From Fistulifera solaris (taxonomy: Eukaryota), in assembly GCA_030295235.1 (NCBI GenBank), contig AP026136.1, forward strand, positions 310,001-374,000: DNA of 64,000 bases, in the 5' to 3' direction. Positions 1 to 13,240 of this stretch are shown piece after piece (the first letter of the stretch is position 1; each line of letters starts with the position of its first letter). The notes beneath the pieces were generated by a model. The model made no database searches. It was given only the letters and a program-made list of their open reading frames with translations, and had not been told where the DNA came from. The position numbers and the translations under genes are program-made.

Positions 1-3000
1 TTGCGTGTAGGCAACAAACGCGTCGACGATCAAGGATCCGTACTTAAGGACTTCATCAAACATGTCTCTTTGCCCGCCGCTAAATCCTCTCCAGTTCGCA
101 AATACAATTAGCGGAAGATCTTCAGTCTTGAAGTCTTTAATGGCCTGAGCTGTTTTGTAGGCGCTATTAGGGAACCAGACACAACCAGCTTCCTGGATAA
201 CAGCCTCTGAAGCGGCCACGTCGGCCGGATCAGCAGGCTTTACATTTTCGGCTGTACGGTTCTCTGTGATGACTACTCCCATCGGAATGCCACCTAGTCG
301 AGCTCGGCCGACAACGACAGTCTTTGCCCACCCAGCCAAGGTCTCAGTAAAGCTTCCTTTATCAAAGAAGCCGCTCTGCCAGTTACCCTCTGCATCTTCG
401 CCACCGGCTAGCAAGCAACGAGGATCATATGGTACACCAGGCGATGGCGTGAATCCAATCGATCGTTCGATGTCGTCAACTCCACGAATGTCTGAAATCG
501 GCAGTAGCCCACCACGCACTGACGGAACAAATGAGAGCCAGTCGATAGCACTCTTGACAGCCTGAAGATGATCGTTCGCTACCAAATGTGAAACACCATT
601 CAGGTACATGATCCCTGGGCCACCAAGTTGATCATTAGTGGAGTAAACATCGACACCCATGAGTTTATTCAATGCCTGATAACCGGTCAAAATAATCGGG
701 GAGGCAGAATACTTTTGGATTGTGCGCTGACCGAGACGGACCAAATAAGCACCAATACCTACAGTTCTTCCGAGAACAATAGTCATTGTAAAGATATCAT
801 CATATGCGATGCTGGTTTCACCTGCAATCAGACCAGATCCTTTTAGGTTCTCCACACCAAGATCTGGTTCAGACCCAATGATGTCAGTTATCTTGAAGAC
901 ATCCTTCCCGTCCACGATAGCAGGTTCGGCTCGCAGTTCCTTAACGCCTTGGGTGGTCAAAGCATCGTAGTCCTCCTTTGACACATATAAGAAATCAAAA
1001 CCGCTTTCAGGCCGGGATGGATCTTTGAAAGCGACTTGAAAGCACTTTCTAATACGTTCGGCTAGTCCAATTCGTGCTCCTGAATTCGCGGCGACAAAAA
1101 GGCGGGGAATTCGATTTTCGCGGGCATACTCCGAAGCCATTTTGAAAACAACGTCTTCACGAGTTCCAAAGCTTCCTGCTTTGTAAGTTATGTCATTCGC
1201 AATCAACACAACTTGTCGTCCCTGTGTAGAATAAATTAGCCGACGGAATAAATACGCATATAAAACTGCGTCAACAAATTGTACGTACCTCGGGATACTC
1301 AACAGTTTTCAGTACAAGAAGCCATGCCACCATACCGACGTCATTGGTTCCTGCTCTTCTATTCATTTGAATAAGCTCCAAATCGCCCGTGTGGTAATCG
1401 TCCATAGTCCAGTTTTCGTTGGCAGACCCATCTTGTTTCTTAACTACTAGTTCTGTTGTGTACATGACCATGAGAGGTCGACCGGCACCTCTCATACCAA
1501 CGCCACCTTTCTTAGATGCCTCAAGCCATTGTTCTTCGACCGCGGCTTCGAATAAAGCCGGTAAGTCGTAGCAGTAAAGTGTGTCGGATGCCTTAAGAGC
1601 CGAATAGCGCTGTGCATCAAAAAGGCGAGTCAAAGGGTAGGGTGTGTTGACGTCAAGACCATCCCACGAGCTGTCCCCGGCGCTTGCTAGGCTCGCTTTT
1701 GTACCGCCAATCAGCTTGAAGACTAGTCCTACTCCATGCTCGTTTGCGGCTTCAACGTATGTGTTCATGACATGAACGTAACCAGTTGGGTTGCTAGCGA
1801 ACAGTCTGATTGCGATCGGGGGAGAGTCCTTGCTGAGACAGCACACAATCCTTGTTTCGACCTCCACTATACCAAGTGTAGACACTCTGTCACTATGGCG
1901 CTTCAAAATCGCTACCACCGTTTCTTCGACAACCACTGGGTCTAGTACAGCTTTTTCAAAGTCACTGACAAGGTTGAGGAACAAATGGTTGTCGCTCTTA
2001 CTTTGCGCTGAGCAAAGATCGAATGCGTTGAGTGCATCGACTAAAATACGCTCGAAACTCGGTGCAGAGAATTCCAGTACAAAGCTTAATGCCCTTGCAA
2101 AAATGCGTGGATCTTTCTTCGCTTTTTTGTCTTTTTCTAATGCAGCGGATTTCGGTGTGCCTTTGTAAAGGTGAATGTGGCATGTAGAGGTGTGGCGTGA
2201 TCCAAGACTGTTGACATGGAAATTAGCGGCAACTCGATTCAAATCGAGATGCATCGAGTTACTTGGGTCGATGTTTCTGTACAACGAGTCTTCCTGAAAT
2301 TCGGGGAAGCGATACGTGAATAATGCAGGAGCTCCTCCCTCGAACTCATCTTGGGCCGCGTGGGCAAACACAAAGCTCACGCGGCGGATATCAGCCTTTT
2401 TCAACAAGTCCTTGATTGGCTCAAGTACAGATTGACACTTCTGTGCAACTGTATCATTAATCGCGTCCTGTTGTCCTACTATCGTATCGAGCACAATGAA
2501 GTATAGCACATTGACAGGGGCTGTTTCTGCTGGGGCAGCTGCACCAGTGAACTGGGGGAAGGAGACCAAAATAGTCTCGAGATCTGCCACGTTATTCAAG
2601 TCGTCGAATTTGTCGATAATTGCACTCACGCCTGTTCGGAGAGTGTTTTGCGAAATTTTTTCCTTGTCTTGGCCTGAATGTGGATGCTTTTCGGAGCCGG
2701 AATTTGCCGAAGATTCTGACATTTTGCTAAGCGACCCTGAACTAATGGCTCGAGTTAGATCCGCCATGCTAGTCATAGAAGTTCCAGGATTGACGGCACT
2801 TTCTGAAGCCTTGTTAAGAAACGCGTACTTGATGATCTTCTTTCTTGGGTCGCGCTCAAGACTTTTCAGTGTATACATGCGATAGAGGTGCCTCTGATAG
2901 AGTTCCATCAAACCAAGCTGTTCTGCAGAAGAATCACACCCCGTAATCAAGTCAAAGAAGAGATCGACTAGAGGTATGTGTTGAGCAAGAAAGTCCTCAG

Positions 3001-6000
3001 CCTCTCTTGAAGGTTCCTCGACCGACGACGACAACGCTCTTGCTGCTGCGAGCACCTTCTGCCTTCGCTGTTCGAAGCTAGGCATGCTCTCTTGCATGAG
3101 CAGCTTCTTGGCACAAAGCGCTGTTTCAAAGTACTCCTCGGCCAATCCCATCGAAGCGATTTCGGCAATTGATGGCATGGCATCTGGGAGCCCAGTTGCA
3201 CCCGAGACAGCCGAGACGCGCTTTCCCATGGCTGAGGCTGTACTTGACTCCATGTCAACGCGAGAGCCCTCGCCAATCGAAGCAATTATCCCTCTGACAA
3301 TCACTGAGGTCATTTTAAGTTGTTCATGTGAACGGCAAGCTTCAAGAGCTAGTACTGGCTCAACCTTGTGAGACTTTCTTATTGCATCTACTGCGTCAGC
3401 GTAGGCTTTACCATCGCAAAACCAGCGCTCGACCGATATCCATTTTCTGAGGATTCCCAAAAAGAATTGAAAAGCTCGTTCAGATCCAGGAACTCCGGGA
3501 AGCTGACTTTTGGTGTAGATTGCAACGGTTGCTTCCAAGGGTCCAGTCAAAACCTCAAAAGCAGACTGATCTGCTTGGCTCGAAAGAGACGCTTTGTAAT
3601 CTTGTAAAGCCTTCGCTATGGTTTCGGCAGGGAAACTGATAACAAGTTGGTGAGGTCAAGGCTACTGATATGCTCGACCGACGACAGGCATTTTACTTAC
3701 CGTAATTGAAGATCGTTACCAGCCTGCTCCTCCGACGCTTTCTTGAACTCGGCCAGGGTACCGGAAATACTATCAAACAAAGGAGTCGGGATACGACCGC
3801 TGAGCACAGACAGTTGCTCTTGAATTTCGTAAGCAGGCAACGAGGGTGAGGTCACTGCATAAGCAAGATCGGAGAAAGCTCTTTCTATAGCATTTGCACT
3901 CAGCGCGTATCCAGACATGGCACCGGAAAGAATGTCAAACGCCGCACGAAGCATCAAATGAGGTCTTGTGCTGGTGGGCGATTCACCAGAGTCACCCCAA
4001 CCGGGGACATTTAGATCTCCTTCGAAAACTTCTACCAGTGACACGTTCTCTGGATTGTCTAGCTCCAGCGATGCAAGAAGATCTCCAGGCGAAATGGATG
4101 CGCCTTCATTGCAGTTCCAGGTTAATATCCCGGATTCGTCGACTTTGAGCGGCATGAACATCTTCATAACCTCAATCTCACAGTACGGCTCTCCTTTCTT
4201 CACATGCGCTCCCTCTTCCTTGAGCTTCTTGACCAGCTTCCCCGCGACGTCGGTGCGAAGAGCTGTAGGATCATAATCCGGAGAAAAGGCTATGTTCGCT
4301 CCTCCGATATTCAACCGCATCCCCGTCGCCGCGTCACCCTTGTTGGTGAGATAGACAACGCGACTGCTTCCACACATCTCGATAAGATACCCGCCGTCAC
4401 TGAGAACACGGACACTGGTGGCTACTGACTTTGTTTCATTTCCAGCAATGGAAATTGAAAAGAGTTCGGACCGTTGCGAATACAAGTCATTCTGTACTTG
4501 ACTCCGTTCAGAATGAGTTCTACATTCTGTTGCATTTTCAGCAAATTTCTTGGTGGAAGCTGTCCTTTTCGAGGAGATCCAGAAATTTCTTCTCACCTCC
4601 GCTCGAAGATTCGTACGCCATGACGGTCGCACCCAGCACCGCATAGACGTGATCGTGGACTGATGAGATCTTGACCGACGTTTTACGGTTCCGAAGCACC
4701 CCTTCAAACGCCGCCATTCCATCTACATTTTCTGTAATGATGGCGTCCAACCAGCCAGTGTCGATAGAGTTGGATACAAAATCTTCCAATTCAATGAGCT
4801 TGGAGATGTAATCCACCGTCGTACTGATGTCACCTCGAATGGACAACTCTTTCAATGCGAGTACCATGTTACGTCGGGCTTGCTCACGATCGGGACCGCT
4901 GGCAAACAAGTGACCGAATTGAGAATCGGCAAACTCGTGGATCGATCCCGAACTGTCCATGCTAAAATATCCCCAGACGTTTGGAGTAGATCGGAAGTTG
5001 AGTTCTTGAATTCCTCCACTGGTGGGTTTGAAGCCCGCTTCGGCATTTTCTGCGGTAATACGTACAGCAATGCAGTGTCCGTAGGGCGCAACGCGTGGAG
5101 TCACTTCAAAGTCAATGATCGAGCTTTCCGCTTGTGGATCCATTTCAAACCGGTTTTTACCGTACAATTCACGAATCTCTGGGATGTTATAGAGGGGAAT
5201 CCCCATCGCCACCTGCAACTGAGCAGCCGGTAAGTTGACTCTTGTGATCATTTCGGTGACCGGGTGTTCTACTTGTAGACGAGGGTTCAATTCGAGAAAG
5301 TAAAACTTGGCATCCTTTTCCGAGTACAAGTATTCGACCGTCCCCGCATTGGTGTAATTGACCGCCTTGGCCAAGGCCACTGCCGCATGTTCCATTTCTT
5401 TCCAAACCTCTGGTTTCGCCGCCACAGGTGGACCTTCTTCGATAATCTTTTGGTGACGACGTTGAACGGAGCAATCGCGACCGTTGAGTGCCACGGCATT
5501 GCCGTACTCATCCGCCAAAAGCTGCACTTCCAAGTGCCTTGAATTCGACGACAATTTCATGATAAAGATGGGACTTCCGGGTACTTCACCGCACACTTGT
5601 CGATACGCATTGGCGACATCTTCCGCTTGATTGACGCGTCGAATTCCTTTGCCACCCCCGCCTTCCGAGGCTTTGATCATAATGGGGAATCCAATTTTTT
5701 CGGCTGCTTCCTGCGCCGCCGTGGCACTGTGAATGCAGGCCGCATCAAAGGCTTCTTCCGGCAACGACCCCGTCTCCATATTATAAGTGGCTTGCACGTG
5801 CGCTCCATTCCACGCAATGCACGGCACGCCGGCCGATTGCGCTATAATAGTGCTCCCAATTTTATCTCCGAGCGCCGCCATGGCGGCCCCGCCGGTCCAA
5901 TGAACTTGATGGGCGGATAACTTTGTGCCAAAGTATTGGGCAAGTTGGGATTTTCACTGGCGTGTCCCCATCCGGCCCAGACGGCGTGCACACCGTGCAA

Positions 6001-6489
6001 CCGGGCGAGTTCGACAATGAGTGTGACATTCGCGTAGTTGTGATTGTTGGATCCGCCGGGGACATCAACAATGACGTCGCCCATGCGAATGTATTCGGCA
6101 TTGGCACTGTGTGTGTGAGAGAGAGAGATAGATAGAGATATAGATAGAGATATAGATAGATACAGAGTGAGGCAATGGGTAGGGTGATCGACACCAATCT
6201 TCTTATTTCGGGAAACGTACCGCAAATCTTCCGGAGTGGCCATGACAACAAAGGAAATGGCGCGTTCATTCCCAAAGACTTCATAGGCCCATCGACGAAT
6301 GGATCGAATCGCCTTGACGGCTGCGACACCATTGTTGGCAATGAGAACTTTTTCAATGACACGTGACTTATGGCCACCCAATTCTTGGACGTATTCCGAG
6401 ACGGTAGAAAAACGACGGTGCGAGTTTAACGTCACATTCGATGTGTGGCGACCAAACGCTGGACTCTCGGGTGCTTCGACTTCGGCCAT
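1..6489 (-). CDS. ACC: Multidomain (eukaryotic-type) acetyl-CoA carboxylase, probably the cytosolic isoform; 3' end lies left of the window
   Basis: BC domain ([37 protein letters not shown]), BCCP biotinylation motif EVMKMF, and CT domain ([26 protein letters not shown]). ATG at 6489 ([10 protein letters not shown]) with no signal peptide. GT-AG introns at 6107-6220, 3636-3700 and 1222-1288 restore the frame. 1-nt frameshifts at ~5880, ~4563 and ~4460. Confidence 0.97.
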
Positions 6490-6910
6490 CTGCAATTTTT
6501 CGCGAGTGAGTGAATAAAAAGTAAACCAGATTGGTTGAGCGCAACGAATGAGGCGATCGTTGTGCATTTCTTTTTTCAAAAACACCCTCATTCATTCAAC
6601 GTTGCATTCGCTTCCACTGGAACGTACCGATCAACTTTTCAGACTGGCTATGTCTCACCAGACGACTCTAGAGTAGCACTTTCGGACCCTTTCAACGATT
6701 TCGAGGATACCAATGCTTTCTTGTTATTATGATGTGATGGGGTTGTCAACCAACTTTTTTTTTTTTTTATTTGTGAGTGTGTGTGTCGACTTCAAGCACG
6801 GCACCGCCAGTCGTCATCCGTCATCCATGCTGCTGCATCGCATGGTACGGGCGGAGTACAAGTACAAGTACTACGTACAATTTTGGCGAAACAGTGCGTA
6901 TCACGAGCTT

Positions 6911-7131
6911 GATGTCATCCTGACGTAAGCAAGTGGAAGATCATCGCTGTATCGCAAAGTGTAACTCCCAACTTGGTGATGTCATTATGACGTAGATACC
7001 CTTTTTTCCTTCAACGGCTCTTTCGCTCCTATTATGAGTTTCCGTTGTACGCGAGCCAACACTCGGGACAAACGGATGGTTCATAAGTCATGAATGAATT
7101 TTCTTCTTCGTTTACGTCACACGTTGACATC
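6911..7131. promoter_or_regulatory. Three copies of a composite GATGTCA-N3/N5-TGACGTA element in the ACC/GPDH divergent intergenic region
   Basis: gatgtca-tcc-tgacgta (6911-6927), gatgtca-tta-tgacgta (6978-6994), and on the minus strand gatgtca-acgtg-tgacgta (7113-7131). Each contains the bZIP-type core TGACGT. Confidence 0.55.
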
Positions 7132-7328
7132 CGTTCTTCGCTTTGGCACGTTGGCACTCAACGTTCGACAGTCCAGACGAGCTCGTCACACCAACATCGG
7201 CACCTTTTTTCGAAAGAATAAAGAATGGCTTCGCAAAACGTCCGAAAAGACTTTTGCGAGAGACGATGATTCCGAGAATGGAAATGCGGATCGGCATGAA
7301 CTCCTATCCACATATTTCTTTATCGACA

Positions 7329-9346
7329 ATGAGAGCCGCGTTTCATGATCCAACAAAGACATCCTTGCTAGTAGTAGTGCAGCGCTGCCGCGCCTCACAA
7401 CCTCGAATGATCCAACGAACCTTTCGCTCCCATCGTCAAACGCAAAACAATAACAATCATAATAATAACAACAATAACAACAACTTCCACCGAGATCCCG
7501 GTCTCCATTGGACCAGTGTCATTTCGTTCCCCCAAACGGTTCCCGGACCGGCACAAGTTCCCAGTCGGGGAGAACAGATTCAAAAATTGCAGCAATCATC
7601 TTCATCATTATCATCATCATCACACGAAGAATATGATTTACTCATTGTCGGTGGCGGGGCCACGGGGGCCGGCATTGCCCTCGATGCAGCCACCCGCGGA
7701 TTGCGAGTGGCCTGTGTCGAACGCGGAGATTTTGCATCGGAAACATCATCGCGGAGTACGAAATTGATTTGGGCGGGCATCAAATATATGGGGAGTGCCA
7801 TTTCCGGTTTGCTTTCGTGGCGCACTCTCACCAATCCGCTACAATCGTGGCAAAATTTTCACGATGAAATCATGATGGTCTATCATTGTCATGTCGAACG
7901 ACGTTATATGATGACAAAACAACCGCATCTGTGTCACTGGGTTCCACTCGTCGTACCCTTTTATGCGTGGCATTTGAATCCTCCACCGTTGGGAGAACCA
8001 CTCTTTGCCTTCTTTCCCATTCTGGCGCCTTTGACATTCAAAATTTACGACGCTCTTTCGTTCTTTACCTGTCCTTCTTCGTATCTACTGACCAAGAACA
8101 AGGCCATGGAACGTTTTCCGCAACTACAACGAAAAGACTTGAAATACGCCTCGGTCTTTTACGAGGCGCAGCACAATGATGCCCGCACGAATCTCGCCAT
8201 TGCCATGACGGCCGCAGATCGGGGAGCCACCATTGTCAATTATGTCGAAATGATGGATTTCATTTTTGACGATCAAAGCGACAAAGTCGTGGGAGCCGTA
8301 GTGCAAGACCGCATGACGGGTGAAGAATGGGTCGTTCGTGCCAAGAAGGTGGTCTTGGCCGGGGGACCATTCACGGATGCACTGCGTCAACGAGAAATGA
8401 AAGAACTCGGCAGCAATAGTAGTGACCAGTTTCAACCCGCCGTAGAAGGGGCGAGTGGTACACATATCGTCTTACGGGGCGGTATAGTGCCCGATGATTT
8501 GGGTCTGCTCGATTACCAGACCCGCGATGGACGCTTCCTCTTTATCTTGCCGTGGCAAGGTCATACGTTGGTGGGCACCACCGATCAAAAAGATCCTGCC
8601 CAGACGTTACACAACGTCCCAGAAGACGAAATTGAATGGTTACTGGAAGAATCTCAAAAGTATTTGGAGTTAGCTCAACCCTTGCAACGGTCCGATGTGT
8701 GGAGTGCGTGGCGGGGTTGGCGACCCTGGCCGTGGATCCGCACGCGCCACCGGGCACGACCACGATGAGTCGCGATCACATTATTTCAGAACATCCGGTG
8801 ACCGGAGTACTGTTCATTGCGGGAGGGAAATGGACGACGTGGCGCGCCATGGCGCAAGATGTGACGGACCGTGTCGTGGCGCGGTTGTCATTGGATTGTA
8901 CCAAAACGTGTGAAACGTTGGACATTGCGTTGCACGGTGCGGAGGGATATTCGGAAGGATTGTGGAACCAAGTCCTTGCGAAGTATAAGGATATGGATGA
9001 AGCCATGGCGAAACATTTGGTGGAAACGTACGGTGGTTTGGTATGGGAAGTCTTGGCGTGTCGTCGACCCGGAGGAAGATGGGACGAACAACGTTTGGTA
9101 CCGGGATATCCCTATATTGACGCGGAAGTCATTTACGCGTGTCGCGAGTATGCCTGTACGGTCGAAGATGTATTGAGTCGTCGCACGCGACTGGCGTTTT
9201 TGAACAAGGAAGCGGCTCAGTCGGCGATTCGAAGGGTGGCGGATGTGATGGCCCAAGAATTGCAATGGAGTCCCACCGTGAAAGAGCAACAGATTGTAGC
9301 AGCCCAACATTACATTGAGACTTACGGTGGTCCGAAGTCATCTTAA
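7329..9346 (+). CDS. GPD2: FAD-dependent (mitochondrial-type) glycerol-3-phosphate dehydrogenase
   Basis: YDLLIVGGGATGAGIALDAATRGL, TSSRSTKLI, LVGTTD, SRDH, GGKWTTWRAMAQD, DVLSRRTRLAF. Arg/Ser-rich N-terminus; start at 7329 or 7407. One frameshift in a C-run at ~8725 joins the two ORFs. Confidence 0.93.
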
Positions 9347-9625
9347 CTGATAGTTCTATAGGTATAGGTGTGGATGTACAAAAATACTAGTATGGATGAA
9401 TGTTTGTCCCTTTTTTACTACAGTATGTAGAATACCTAGCTGGAGTCATTGAACTTGAACGCTAATAAAGAAAATACAACGTACGGAGAAGTACATTCTA
9501 AGAACCGATCGACCATGCCGTGCCGTCTTTCAGTACCAGGGTATCAACTTCGCTGCGTCTTTTTTTTTCAAAAACAACAACAACAACAAACAACAACAAT
9601 CTCTCTCTTTTATTTTGTGCCTCTC

Positions 9626-10851
9626 ATGTACACTGTAACCATATCCGACGTTGATGATTCTTCTTGTCACGCGGTTTCCCGATCAATGGAACTCTTGTCG
9701 TGTGCCAAAACGGCCGTCAAAATCGCGCAACAACAACATCTTGGTCAAGACGGTTGGTGGTCGATGGCAGCGGATTTGCGTCTTTATTCTGGTGCAGAAA
9801 CAACAACAACAGCAACCAGTTATCCCCAACTAGAAGAAGGATTAGCGTTATTGAGGACGATGGATGTCGAATTGCAACAATTGGAAAGTTTGGTGCGACG
9901 ACGAGGACACACGAATGATCCCACCGAACTCATTGCGGTGTCGGTGAAACGACTGGAAACCGATGCAAAAGAATTGACTTTGTTGATACAAAAATGATGC
10001 CCACACAAGCCCGCGGACAATCGCACAAACATTGGCAAATGATTCAACAATGGTTTCAATCGACGGCGCAACATCAAGGGTCGCGCCTCCAGGACATTTT
10101 GAAAATTCGGGCGACCGTACTCGCGGAACAAGAATTGCGTCGTCAACGATTTTCCGTCAGTGCTGGAGCCGTCAAACCTACGTTGAACCATCCAAGTCCA
10201 TTGTTTATGGATTCTCCCGTCCGGCCTTCCACTACAACTCCGAAACCGAATGGTAACGCTACTGCACAAACTCCTCCTTCCGCAACCAACGCTTCACATC
10301 GAACGTCGACGAGCTCTTACGGTGGTGCGCCTTTGTATTACGGTGGGCCACGACCGACAGGATACGGTGGTGGATACGGCTCTTTCCACAAGAACAACAT
10401 CAACATCAACATCAACCACAACAATAACAATAACCACAACAATACACCGTATTATCAAGGATCCCATCATTCCGTCGGAATGCGACAACGTCGAGGCCTG
10501 CAACAAGATACACAACAACAAAATGAGACACAACAACAGGAACAAATGTTGCAACAACGTCTCCAACAACGACAAACGAACCAACGATTGCAGGAAGCCC
10601 GTCAAGCCGAACGATCTTTGGCGGAACTGGGGACGTTGTTTGGGAAAATGTCCTCTCTTATCACACAACAATCCGAAGTTTTGGAAAAGGTTGAAGATGA
10701 TGTAGAAGCGGCCTACCAAGATGTCACGGCGGGGCAACAGGAAATTGTCATTCTGCAAGCTTTGAAAAAAGGGAATCGTGCTTTGATTATCAAAGTTTTT
10801 GCGTTATTGATCTTCTTTATTATATTCATGAGAGTTTATAAGGGTAAATAA
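9626..10851 (+). CDS. STX5: Syntaxin-5/Sed5-like Qa-SNARE
   Basis: C-terminal SNARE motif (AERSLAELGTLFGKMSSLITQQSEVLEKVEDDV) followed by GNRALIIKVFALLIFFIIF tail anchor. Frameshift in an A-run at ~9992. Confidence 0.85.
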
Positions 10852-10898
10852 ATAAAGAAAGAAAGGAAGGACGACTACTAGCTATTTCGAAATGATTT

Positions 10899-12071
10899 TT
10901 AATCCTCTACCGGATGATTCTCCGCCCAATAATAATCCAAAACTTCCCTCATGGCCGTCTTGAACAAATTTCCCGAATTCGTTTTCGCTCCTTCCGTCAC
11001 AAGTCTTCGCCACAGAACCTCCAAACACTGGTCGACCGGTTGATACAAGGCGGGCAGATCGTGTTCATCTTTCGCCGACAAGGGTGGACACAATTCACTG
11101 GATCGGACATCAACTTTGGGTATCTGGATGGGTCTGCTCCATTGTCGTTTCGGAAAATGTTCGTGTGTAAAAATTCGCAAATCTTTGATTTGCATACGGG
11201 CGATGCGAATCAAGTCTTTCGTTTTTTCGTTCTTCTTGTTCTTCTTCTTTGGCAAAGATTCTTGATTGCGCGTGGGTTGTACGACTTTTTGGACGATTTG
11301 TGTTTTCTTACGGACGGCTTCGGACATGTGTTGGACAATTTCGGCGCCTTCTTTCATGGCGACAGACTTTTTGGTCACTTGTTGCAAGGCCTTTAATTGA
11401 TCGGTCAATTTTTGACGTTGTTCGACGAGAGCACCTTTGATGGACCCTTCTTGCGCCGCTTGACGAATGGCCCGTAGCATATCTTCCATGAGCATTTGGG
11501 CCTTTTCTTCTGTCGGGTCCGTACGAGTCTCATTCATTGTGGTTGATTCCTCTTCGTTGATAGAATCCTCATGATGACTGTTGTTCTCTTCTATAATAAT
11601 ATTGTCGGGGATCACAACGTGTTTGTCGCACAGAAAGAAATTGAAGAAATTGTGGCGTCGTTCAATAAAGACTTGAATGTCGGAAGCTGCGATAGTGTAC
11701 AAATCAATCGGCAATTCTTCTCTCAACATCAAATTCGAAAACAAGCATTGAACAAAATTCCCTTGTACATACAAACGCCCCACACGGACCAAGAGGGGCG
11801 AATCCCAATGAAATTGGTCGCGGCGTGGGGCATGCACAACCAAGTTCGAACACCACAGCTGACCCCGCAGTACATCGAACTGGAGGTTTCCGATGGTCAC
11901 GGGTGTGTCATTGAGTGCTTTGCTAATCTCGGATTCCACCAAATACCACAATAGTCGATGAATCCATCCCATGGCAAAGACGATCGTCAAAAGAAGTGAG
12001 ACCACGAGAACGGATTGACTGAATGTGACGAGGATGCGCGAAATAGAGGCGGAAATTACGGAGAATACCAT
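10899..12071 (-). CDS. Membrane-anchored protein with an AsmA/DUF748-like N-terminal region
   Basis: Intact 390-aa ORF. N-terminal hydrophobic helix, then a beta-strand pattern (PVTIGNLQFDVLRGQLWCSNLVVHAP...LVRVGRLYV...DIQVFIER) and a coiled-coil middle. Family assignment is by eye. Confidence 0.55.
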   Translation of the reverse strand: MVFSVISASISRILVTFSQSVLVVSLLLTIVFAMGWIHRLLWYLVESEISKALNDTPVTIGNLQFDVLRGQLWCSNLVVHAPRRDQFHWDSPLLVRVGRLYVQGNFVQCLFSNLMLREELPIDLYTIAASDIQVFIERRHNFFNFFLCDKHVVIPDNIIIEENNSHHEDSINEEESTTMNETRTDPTEEKAQMLMEDMLRAIRQAAQEGSIKGALVEQRQKLTDQLKALQQVTKKSVAMKEGAEIVQHMSEAVRKKTQIVQKVVQPTRNQESLPKKKNKKNEKTKDLIRIARMQIKDLRIFTHEHFPKRQWSRPIQIPKVDVRSSELCPPLSAKDEHDLPALYQPVDQCLEVLWRRLVTEGAKTNSGNLFKTAMREVLDYYWAENHPVED

Positions 12072-12547
12072 CGTTTCTTTGTTTGTCTGGTGAATACAAA
12101 TATTACATGAAGGATGTTTGTTCTTATTGTTGTGAGTTGTTGTTGCTCATCATCCTCCTTCCAGGACTCTGTAATGTGTTACTCCAAATTATTATTTGGT
12201 TGTCGTCCAAACGATGATTGATTAAAGATGTTTGTGTCGGAAAGGATGATGCTTGTTTCTGATTTAAAGGGTGTATTGTGCCGTTGTGCCGTAGTAACTG
12301 TGACGATAACTTCTTGGTAACGGCACTCAATGGTAGTTTCCATTTCGGTAACGGAAAACCGGTCCCTTTCCAACGGATGAAAGACTTTCGGCGGAGAGAA
12401 CCACTTACCACCATAGCAGTAAAGCAGTACACCCTCGACACGGAACAAAACGACAAACATTTTTCTTGTGCCTAGTACTCCAGATTTGTTTATTTTTTCG
12501 TCCGCCCTCGTGGAAAACGAACAACAACGAAAACCCACAACCAACAA

Positions 12548-13202
12548 ATGACCACCACGGACACGATACTGTTGACAACAAGAAAACATCAGGACTACCA
12601 CAGTACCATGGAGAAGAAGGAGGAGGAAGAGGAGGACCCCTCGATCATTATGCCTCCCCCTGACCGCGTTTCCCGAATTTTTACTCGTCATTTCACCCTT
12701 TCGACGACCCATTACATGGAGTGTCATCAATGTATTGTGTATGATCTGGTGCTATTTACTACTAGATCAATTCGGAGAACCCGGACCCCGCGAAACGGAA
12801 CACGGTAATGAACTCTATTTGGCGTGGAATTTCTGGACGACCTTTCTGTGGTGCATTGAAGCGGGTCTTTGTTCTCACTATCACTACTATCATCGACATT
12901 CGATGCGACGACTCGATAATTTGATTGATGTGGTGCAGTTCGTGGTGGCCGTTTATTTTTTGGTCGATTCGATCCAATTGTATCGAGCCTCGCGACGACC
13001 GGGCGAAAAAATATATGGGGAAGTCACCGATGTCTTCTTGTCGTTTGCGGCCTATCTCGGTGCATCGATCTATTACATGTCCTTGCATTATCAAGGAAGA
13101 TCAGGACAAGACGAATTGTCGGTGCCTTCGTGTGAACGAGAAATGACTTGCACAGAAAGTGAAGAAGTAGAAGAAGGTTTTGGTTACGCGAATATTGCAT
13201 AA
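12548..13202 (+). CDS. Hypothetical multi-pass membrane protein (5' end uncertain)
   Basis: The 155-aa ORF at 12735-13202 has 3-4 hydrophobic segments (LYLAWNFWTTFLWCIEAGL, VVQFVVAVYFLVDSI, VFLSFAAYLGASIYY). It probably joins the acidic ORF at 12548 through a frameshift near 12660-12680. Confidence 0.5.
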
Positions 13203-13240
13203 TGGAAGGAGTTTTGTCATACGTTGCTGATAAAGTGCAA

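Noticed and set aside
266..6135. Numerous + strand ORFs overlapping ACC (and similar shadow ORFs over other genes)
   Set aside because: They are antisense or alternate-frame shadows of well-supported genes, with no recognisable motifs.
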